A stretch of DNA of 64,000 nt. Origin: Deltaproteobacteria bacterium. GTDB taxonomy: Bacteria > Myxococcota > Kuafuiibacteriia > Kuafuiibacteriales > Kuafuiibacteriaceae. The notes under the pieces were generated by a model. That model ran no database searches and was not told where the DNA came from. It saw nothing but the letters and a program-made list of their open reading frames with translations. The translations under genes were made by a program, and so were the position numbers. Positions 57,834-64,000 of this stretch are shown piece by piece. Positions within the stretch are counted from its first letter, which is position 1; each line of letters opens with the position of its first letter. The stretch lies in assembly GCA_040218735.1 (NCBI GenBank), contig JAVJQW010000048.1:99441-163440 (forward strand). The letters are read 5' to 3'.

Positions 57834-59771
57834 ATGATCGTCCAGTGCGACAAGTGCCAGACCAAGTTCCGCATCGCGGACGAAAAGGTCCGGCCCAACG
57901 GTGTGAAGGTGCGTTGCAGCCGGTGCGCGCACGTCTTCGTCGTGCGCAAGGAGCCGGCGACCGCGCCCAACCCCGCGATCTCCGCGATGAGCGGCGAAGG
58001 ACGCGACCCGTTCGAGAGCCGCACCGTCCCCACCATCCCCGACGCCAGCTCGATGGTGTCCGGGCTCCCGACCGCGCGGGCGCCCATCCCCGCCTCGGCG
58101 ACCGCGTCGAGCCTGGAAGCGGCCGCTGCGCTCGGCTTCTCGGGCCTGCCCGCGCCGCCGAAGAAGGCGCCCCTCCCGCCGCTCGATCAGATCCGTGGAC
58201 TGGGCGGTCCATCGGGGCTCGGCGAGACCTTCCGCAGCTTCACCGGCTCCGAGGCGCTCACCGTCCGCTCCGAAAACGACGGCGACGACAGCGACGACGA
58301 GCTCGACTTCCCGTTCGAGGTCGACGACGACGGCTTCGAGCCCGCGCCGGATCCGCTCGGCCCGCTCGCCGACGCGGACCCGACGCCCGATCTGGACGTC
58401 CATCGTAAGAAGACCGCGCGGGCGGGGCTGCCGTCCTTCCCGGAGAGCAAGCCGAACAACCCGCCCGCCGAGGAGCGGTTCCCCGCGCCGCCCGAAGACG
58501 AGGTGGGCGGCGCCACGGAGATGAACCTGCCGGGCTTCGATGGCCCGAGCTCCGATCCGTTCGGCGCCATCGACGAGGCGGACCCCTTCGGTTCGCCCGC
58601 GCTCACCGCGTCCGGGAGCTTCCCACCGCCCCCCGGGGTCGGCGGGAGCGGAGGTTTCCCGCCGCCGGCGGCGTTCCCGGCGGATCCGCTCGGCGCGTCG
58701 GGGAGCTTTTCGTCCCCGTCGAAGTCTTCCACCTCCGGGTTCCCGACGCCCGCCGAGGGCTCGCCTCGCCCCAACGCGTTCGCCGGCGATGGCCCCGCAC
58801 CGACGGGGGCGTTCCCACCGCCGCCGGGGCTGACCGGCAGCGGCGGCTTCGCACCCACCGGGACGGGGGCGTTTCCGCCGCCGGTCGACTTCGGACCACA
58901 CGCCGCGCCGGCCACGGCCGAGGAGCTCGGCGACATCCCCGGCTTGATGGACGCCGACGGCGACGACCCGTTCGCGGGCGTCGATGTCGACAACGCCGCG
59001 TCGGTGGGCGCCTACAGCGCGTTCCACGCGGGCGCCGATGACGTCGGCCCGTCGAGCGCGCCCCTCGAGCCGCCGGGCCACTCCGGCGAAGTGCTCGCGA
59101 AGCTCGAGCTGGGCAAGGCCGGCCTGTCACCGGACGGCCTGACGCACCACGAACCGACGGCGATCGCGCGGGCGTACCAGCCGCCGGGCGCGCGCAAGAA
59201 GACGGCGGTCTATCTCTCCGACGGCGGCGACGGCCTCGGCTGGTGGCCGACCGCGTTGGGAGTCGCCGCGGGGATCGTCGTCGCGGCGCTGTTCGTGCCG
59301 GGGGTCGCGGAGCACGTCGCGCCGCTGCTCGGGACGACGCCTCGCCCGGTGATGTCGAGCGGGAACGAGCCGGTGGTGCCGGGGAGCCTCGATGAGGTCT
59401 TCGCCGAGTCGACGTACGTCCGCACCTACGAGACCGCGGCGGGGCATCAGCTCCTGGTGGTGGGCGGGTCCGCGGCTGCGTCCGCGGCGGTCGGCAAGGT
59501 CGACGCGGTGGTGGCGGTGCTCGACGAGGGGCGCGTCGTCGAGCGACGAACCGCGCCGGTCGGGGTCGTGCTGGACGAGGCCACGCTGTTCGACGCGCAG
59601 ACCGAGAGCTACCTGTCGAATGCGATGGCGGCGAAGGTCCCACGTGCCCTGTCCGAGGACGATCGTGAGCCGTTCATGGTCGTCTTCTGGGCGCCCCCCG
59701 CGAACGCGGAACAAAAGACCTTCCGGGTGGCGTTCGTGAAGTCGGACGCGGCGGCGCGCGCAGAGAAGTGA
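57834..59771 (+). CDS. MJ0042-type zinc-ribbon membrane protein with long Pro/Gly/Asp-rich linker
   Basis: MIVQCDKCQTKFRIADEKV...VKVRCSRCAHVF, low-complexity linker, one TM, C-terminal beta-rich domain ending PFMVVF. Confidence 0.85.
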   Translation: MIVQCDKCQTKFRIADEKVRPNGVKVRCSRCAHVFVVRKEPATAPNPAISAMSGEGRDPFESRTVPTIPDASSMVSGLPTARAPIPASATASSLEAAAALGFSGLPAPPKKAPLPPLDQIRGLGGPSGLGETFRSFTGSEALTVRSENDGDDSDDELDFPFEVDDDGFEPAPDPLGPLADADPTPDLDVHRKKTARAGLPSFPESKPNNPPAEERFPAPPEDEVGGATEMNLPGFDGPSSDPFGAIDEADPFGSPALTASGSFPPPPGVGGSGGFPPPAAFPADPLGASGSFSSPSKSSTSGFPTPAEGSPRPNAFAGDGPAPTGAFPPPPGLTGSGGFAPTGTGAFPPPVDFGPHAAPATAEELGDIPGLMDADGDDPFAGVDVDNAASVGAYSAFHAGADDVGPSSAPLEPPGHSGEVLAKLELGKAGLSPDGLTHHEPTAIARAYQPPGARKKTAVYLSDGGDGLGWWPTALGVAAGIVVAALFVPGVAEHVAPLLGTTPRPVMSSGNEPVVPGSLDEVFAESTYVRTYETAAGHQLLVVGGSAAASAAVGKVDAVVAVLDEGRVVERRTAPVGVVLDEATLFDAQTESYLSNAMAAKVPRALSEDDREPFMVVFWAPPANAEQKTFRVAFVKSDAAARAEK

Positions 59772-59818
59772 GCGGTACGCGCTCGCATTCGTGATAGAAC
59801 CGTCCCCGGAGCTGTTCG

Positions 59819-60019
59819 ATGGGTTGCCCGAGCATTCAGGAAGGGTTGATCATCCTCTTCGTCCTCGCGCTGATCCTCGGCGCGAGCCGCCTGCCGCAGC
59901 TCGGCGACGGCCTCGGACGGGCCATCCGCAACTTCAAGCGGAGCCTCAAGGGCGACAACGAGATCGACGTGACTCCGCGTGAACCCAAGAAGATCTCGAC
60001 CTCCGACGACGACAGCTGA
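59819..60019 (+). CDS. tatA: Twin-arginine translocase TatA/TatE family subunit
   Basis: IILFVLALILGASRLPQLGDGLGRAIRNFKRSL. Confidence 0.88.
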   Translation: MGCPSIQEGLIILFVLALILGASRLPQLGDGLGRAIRNFKRSLKGDNEIDVTPREPKKISTSDDDS

Positions 60020-60035
60020 CCCCCCTCCTCGCCTC

Positions 60036-60119
60036 GCGTGTCATGACACGCTAGCTTCCCGCCGCTGCAGTGACACACCTGTCGGATACGGAAATCCGTC
60101 GCGTGGCACGACTCGTGCG
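60036..60119 (+). promoter_or_regulatory. Putative sigma54 promoter with upstream palindromic activator sites
   Basis: Perfect palindrome GCGTGTCATGACACGC (60036-60051), CGGAT-N6-ATCCG (60083-60098) and TGGCACG-ACTC-GTGCG (60104-60119, GG-N10-GC). Confidence 0.6.
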
Positions 60120-60169
60120 AATGGTCGCTTTGAAGAAAAGCGCGGGACGGACTAACCCCCGCAGGAGGG

Positions 60170-60550
60170 ATGAGAAAAATGCGAACGACGATGAAACTCT
60201 TGGCCGTCGCGGCTCTGGCGGGGGCCATCGGCTGCGAGGCGGTCGAAGGCGGGGGCGAACCATTGCCCAGCCTCGATGGACCCGTGGAGGTCGCGACGAC
60301 GAACACCGGCCTCGACGCCGACTCGGGCTGCCTCTACGTCAGCGGCGCCAGTGAGTGCGGCGCGAAGGAGGACTTCCGGACCGCCTCGCTCGCCGCATTC
60401 TACGGCTGCGTCTATCACCCCGCGTGTAAGGAGACGAAGGTCGTCATCCAGCACGTCTGTGATGGCGTCACCGAGAACGTGCTCGTGTTCGGCTCGAAGA
60501 GCGGAACGTATCGCCAAGTCCCGTGCGCACCGGCCGCACCCCCGATGTGA
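60170..60550 (+). CDS. Small Cys-rich lipoprotein
   Basis: AGGAGG RBS; lipobox GAIGC; six further Cys; start may instead be 60179 or 60191. Confidence 0.75.
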   Translation: MRKMRTTMKLLAVAALAGAIGCEAVEGGGEPLPSLDGPVEVATTNTGLDADSGCLYVSGASECGAKEDFRTASLAAFYGCVYHPACKETKVVIQHVCDGVTENVLVFGSKSGTYRQVPCAPAAPPM

Positions 60551-60561
60551 GGAGGTCTGAA

Positions 60562-62460
60562 GTGAACCCGAACACGAAACGTTACCTCCCCATCCTCGTC
60601 TTGGTCGCCGCCGTCGCCGGCGGTGTGTACCTGACGCGCGGTCGGCAGCTCACCGGCGAGGCCGGCGGCATCGGCATCGAGGGCCACCTCGCGCACCTCG
60701 GCAAGGTCGACCAGGGCCTGATGGCGCAGCTCGACGGGCTCGTTCAGAAGACCTCGAGCACGAACGTCCACACGGTGGATCAAGACGCGATCAAGTCGAT
60801 CAGCGACGCGCTCGAAGCCCGCGGCGTCAGCGCGCTGCGCTCCGCGACCACGCACTTCTCCGAGAACGGGTGTGTGCAGCCCGGCTCCGCCGCCGAGGTG
60901 AAGCTGATCGTGAGCATCCTGAAGCGGCCGGACGTCACGCCTGTGCAGCGGCGGGTCGTCAGCTACGTCCTCCTCGACGCGGCGAAGCACGCGATCGGCG
61001 ACCTGAAGATCGGCAAGGTGGCTTCGCCGGGTGACAAGCCGTTCTCCTCGCACCCCGGGATCGCGAAGGCGGTCGACGACATGAAGGCCGGCGCGTTCGA
61101 CGGTGAGCTGCCGAAGCCCGGCACGTCGGTCGATCCGAGCGCGACGATCTGGGACTGCACGTTCGGCGCGCTGCAGGGCGTGGCCGATGCGCTCCGCGCG
61201 GGTGTCGTCGACGCGAGCACGCTGCAGCGGCAGGCGCTCGAAGGCCTCGATCTGCTCCCGAAGGATCACCCGGCCGCGGTCGGCTTCGTGCAGGTCGCGA
61301 CGATGGCGGCGAGCGCGGCGAAGAAGCCCGCGTCGGACTACCTCCAGATCATCGAGCGGAAGGATCTGTCGGACGTCGTGCGTGGCATCGCCTGCAAGGC
61401 CGCGGTCGACACGGGGGTCGAGCTGTCGACGCTGAAGACGTCGATCGGCGAGCGCCCGCCGCGTCCGTTGGTGTCGTGCCTGGTGTCGGCGGGTGACGAA
61501 GACACGATCCGCGAGGCGGTGAAGGCGAGTGACTTCAACCTGCGGATGCAGGCGCTGCGGAAGCTCCCGATCCCCGCGACCGCCGAGGGCGTGAAGACCG
61601 CGCTCGACGCCGCCGCGCTGCCGGAGATCTCGCCGCGTGAGCGCGCCGTGCGTATCGGCGCCATCGCGGGCGCCGCGACGAAGTGCGCAGACCCGGCTGC
61701 GTGCCTCGCGCCGCTCGACACGTTCGTGCAGAACAAGCCGAACCTGAAGCTCCCGCAGCACCTCGCGAGCGCGCTGCACGCCGCCAACCCGAAGCACCCG
61801 ATGCTCTCCGCGGCGGTCGGTGAGCCGAAGGTCGGCATCGCGGCGACGCTCGGTCAGATCGCGAAGGGCGACGCGCCGGTGCAGCTGCCGTCGAGCATCG
61901 CGGCGAAGCCGGCGGCGGGTGCGTCCGACGCCGCGGACACCGCGGGACTCGAGCTCTCCGCGCCGGATGCGTCGGCGGTCTGTGACTTGGTCATCGAGCC
62001 CGGTCTCGCGCAGAAGACGATCGACGAGGCGTTCCACAACATCGAGAGCGGTGTCGTGTGCGCGAGCCCCGGTCGCTACGTCGGTCCGGTGGTCGTGTCG
62101 AAGCCGAACATCTTGCTGCGCGCGCTCCAGGGCGCGGTGGTGCTCGAGGGTCCGGTGATCGTCGAGGTCCCGACCACGCTCGTCGGCTTCCAGGTCGAGG
62201 GCCCCGTGGTGGTCGCCGAGACGGCGCACGGCGCGGTGCTCGCGAACAACATGCTGAAGGCCGGCGGCGTCACGCTGACGGCGCAGCTCGGCCTGGTCGG
62301 CAACACGATGGACGAGGGCAAGACCTTCGAGGCGCCCGGCGGCGTGATGTCCCCGGCGCAGGCGAGCTCGAACCTCGTGCTGAAGGGCCAGCAGAGCAAG
62401 AAGCTCGGCGTCGGCGAGTCCGTCATCGCGCTCGACGCCCGATGGCCCCCGAGGATCTAG
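60562..62460 (+). CDS. Membrane-anchored hypothetical protein, helical body with C-terminal beta-helix-like region
   Basis: GGAGG RBS before GTG 60562, N-terminal TM, TIDEAF...ASPGRYVGPVVVSKPNILLRA motif typical of the start of a beta-helix. Confidence 0.8.
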   Translation: MNPNTKRYLPILVLVAAVAGGVYLTRGRQLTGEAGGIGIEGHLAHLGKVDQGLMAQLDGLVQKTSSTNVHTVDQDAIKSISDALEARGVSALRSATTHFSENGCVQPGSAAEVKLIVSILKRPDVTPVQRRVVSYVLLDAAKHAIGDLKIGKVASPGDKPFSSHPGIAKAVDDMKAGAFDGELPKPGTSVDPSATIWDCTFGALQGVADALRAGVVDASTLQRQALEGLDLLPKDHPAAVGFVQVATMAASAAKKPASDYLQIIERKDLSDVVRGIACKAAVDTGVELSTLKTSIGERPPRPLVSCLVSAGDEDTIREAVKASDFNLRMQALRKLPIPATAEGVKTALDAAALPEISPRERAVRIGAIAGAATKCADPAACLAPLDTFVQNKPNLKLPQHLASALHAANPKHPMLSAAVGEPKVGIAATLGQIAKGDAPVQLPSSIAAKPAAGASDAADTAGLELSAPDASAVCDLVIEPGLAQKTIDEAFHNIESGVVCASPGRYVGPVVVSKPNILLRALQGAVVLEGPVIVEVPTTLVGFQVEGPVVVAETAHGAVLANNMLKAGGVTLTAQLGLVGNTMDEGKTFEAPGGVMSPAQASSNLVLKGQQSKKLGVGESVIALDARWPPRI

Positions 62461-62466
62461 GCCCAA

Positions 62467-62850
62467 GCCCGCCGCGAATGCGGCGGGCCTGAGGACTGTG
62501 CCCAGTTCGTTCGCGCAGCGAACGACCGTGAAGGGCCAAGGCCGAAGCCCGCCGCGAATGCGGCGGGCCTGAGGACTGTGCCCAGTTCGTTCGCGCAGCG
62601 AACGACCGTGAAGGGCCCCGCCGCGAATGCGGCGGGCCTGAGGCCTGTGCCCAGTTCGTTCGCGCAGCGGGCGACCGTGAAGGGCCAAGGCTGAAGCCCG
62701 CCGCGCATGCGGCGGGGCTGAGGTTTGTGCCCAGTTCGTTCGCGCAGCGGGCGACCGTGAAGGGCCAAGGCCGACGCCCGCCGCGAATGCGGCGGGGCTG
62801 AGGTTTGTGCCCAGGCGTCCCGCGTAGCGGGCCGGCATTATGGCCAAGGC
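62467..62850. repeat. Tandem array of five ~80-bp double-hairpin (REP/BIME-like) units
   Basis: Units start at 62467, 62547, 62616, 62696 and 62776 (periods 80, 69, 80, 80). Each has a GCCCGCCGC-GAAT-GCGGCGGGC-type and a TCGTTCGC-GCA-GCGAACGA-type hairpin. Confidence 0.95.
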
Positions 62851-63051
62851 GCAATGCCGTTCACTTAGCGGACGGGCCTGCCTCGAGCCCCCATCAGGCC
62901 GCGAGGTGCGCGTCGAGGTAGGGAAGCGCGCCGGAGCCGCGGAGCGACTCGTCCCTCGGCCGCCGTTTCGCCGGGCTGGTGACGGCGGGGGTCCCCGGAC
63001 GGCAGTGCTCAGAAGGAGGGCGGCGCTCTCGAACACCGGCTGGTATCGCTC

Positions 63052-64000
63052 TCACGAACTGCCCTCCGCGCGTGCCGGTGGCGTCGGATGCGGTTCACGC
63101 CGAGGACGCTCGGGACATGCGCCTGGCCTGGTCCGGGTGGAGCGGCGCTCGTGAATCCTCCGATCGATGAAGGCGCGACCCAACACCTCCCGCGCCGCGT
63201 GAAGGTTGTGCGCGCGACACAGTAATCGCAGCTCGCCGACCACGCTCTTGGCGCCCAGCGTGCGGCCGCCCACGTGATCGAATTCGAGGTTCGACCGTTC
63301 GCTGCACCGCCGTCCGTCCGGGCTCACGAACGTGCACTGCGCGCCGTCGCGTTCGACCACCGCACGCCGCGTCGCCGCCGGGACGTACGCTGCGCCCGCG
63401 GGTGCATCCTCGACGGGTCTCGATCGCGGACGGGTCGTCTTTCCGTTCTTCCTCCGTTCCAGCTTCTCCACGTAGAGCGCGAGCGCGGCTTCGAAGATCT
63501 CCCCGATGTCCGTCCCAGGCGGGGTGAGCTCCTTGGCTCGATCCAAGAGCGCCTCGGCTTCGGCGCTCCCGTCGAAGCGAAAAGCGAATGTCACCGCGGT
63601 CGCCGCCTCGACGCGATCGTCACTGCTCTTCGCTCCCGGGAACTCGGTAGCGATCAGCATCTCGACCTCGGCCTTGGACTTGTTCCGCGCCTGCTCGACG
63701 AGGCTGTGGGCGTTTTCATCGTTCATGAACTTCGAGAGCTTCGCGACACCGGTCATGTGCAGCTCTCCGTTCGCGATCATCTCGAACACCTCGGGCACCC
63801 GCCGCGCCGCGCGCACCACGGCGACCCGCCGGCACGCCTGGTCCTCGGTCAGCCCGAGCCCCTCGACGCAGAACCGGAACAGCGAGCTGAAGCCACGCTC
63901 CACGTAGAGCTTTCGCCGCTCGATCTCCGCCATGAACCGGAGCGCCTGCACACCGCTCTTCAGCTCGGCGCGAAGCGCTTCACGAAGTCCGCTCAGGAGA
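63052..64000 (-). CDS. HNH-domain protein (DUF222-like helical N-terminal region), 5' end beyond the window edge
   Basis: Frame is open to the edge (LLSGLREALRAELKSGVQALRFMAEIERRKLY...GFSSLFRFCV..LGL); C-terminal RRAVVERDGAQCTFVSPDGRRC...LEFDH...LRLLCRAHN. Confidence 0.85.
   Translation of the reverse strand, partial: LLSGLREALRAELKSGVQALRFMAEIERRKLYVERGFSSLFRFCVEGLGLTEDQACRRVAVVRAARRVPEVFEMIANGELHMTGVAKLSKFMNDENAHSLVEQARNKSKAEVEMLIATEFPGAKSSDDRVEAATAVTFAFRFDGSAEAEALLDRAKELTPPGTDIGEIFEAALALYVEKLERRKNGKTTRPRSRPVEDAPAGAAYVPAATRRAVVERDGAQCTFVSPDGRRCSERSNLEFDHVGGRTLGAKSVVGELRLLCRAHNLHAAREVLGRAFIDRRIHERRSTRTRPGACPERPRREPHPTPPARAEGSS

Noticed and set aside
62467-62850. CRISPR array
   Set aside because: Units are nearly identical along their length, with no unique spacers and no cas genes in the window.
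60415-63036. 873-aa minus-strand ORF and short ORFs crossing the repeat array
   Set aside because: Antisense shadow of 60562-62460 plus translated repeats; no protein-like composition.

Overview
GC-rich, gene-dense bacterial chromosome segment. Eukaryote-like Ser/Thr kinases, an MJ0042 zinc-ribbon protein, a TonB-fused receptor, many Cys-rich lipoproteins and several sigma54-type promoters point to Myxococcota/Deltaproteobacteria (inference). I call about 49 CDS and see no rRNA, tRNA, CRISPR array or transposase. Recognisable blocks: a LolA-like/MMPL/outer-membrane-barrel transport cluster plus a hybrid histidine kinase, lying between two paralogous repeat lipoproteins (2.3-17.2 kb); a MerR-alkC-msrC-GFA stress cluster; an exbB-exbD-tonB-lipoprotein-TBDR operon; phoD and yegP between a second paralogous lipoprotein pair; a TetR-GMC oxidoreductase cluster; tatB-tatC; pncB-nadE-nrtR with a perfect NrtR-type operator; and, at the right edge, an HNH-domain gene followed by a five-unit double-hairpin repeat array. 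The most unusual observations are a TatC with a receiver-like domain inserted in its first periplasmic loop, an MMPL transporter with an inserted WD40 propeller, the HNH-linked hairpin array with compensatory stem changes, and several unrecognised lipoprotein domain families. All product calls come from motifs read by eye; no database search was run.
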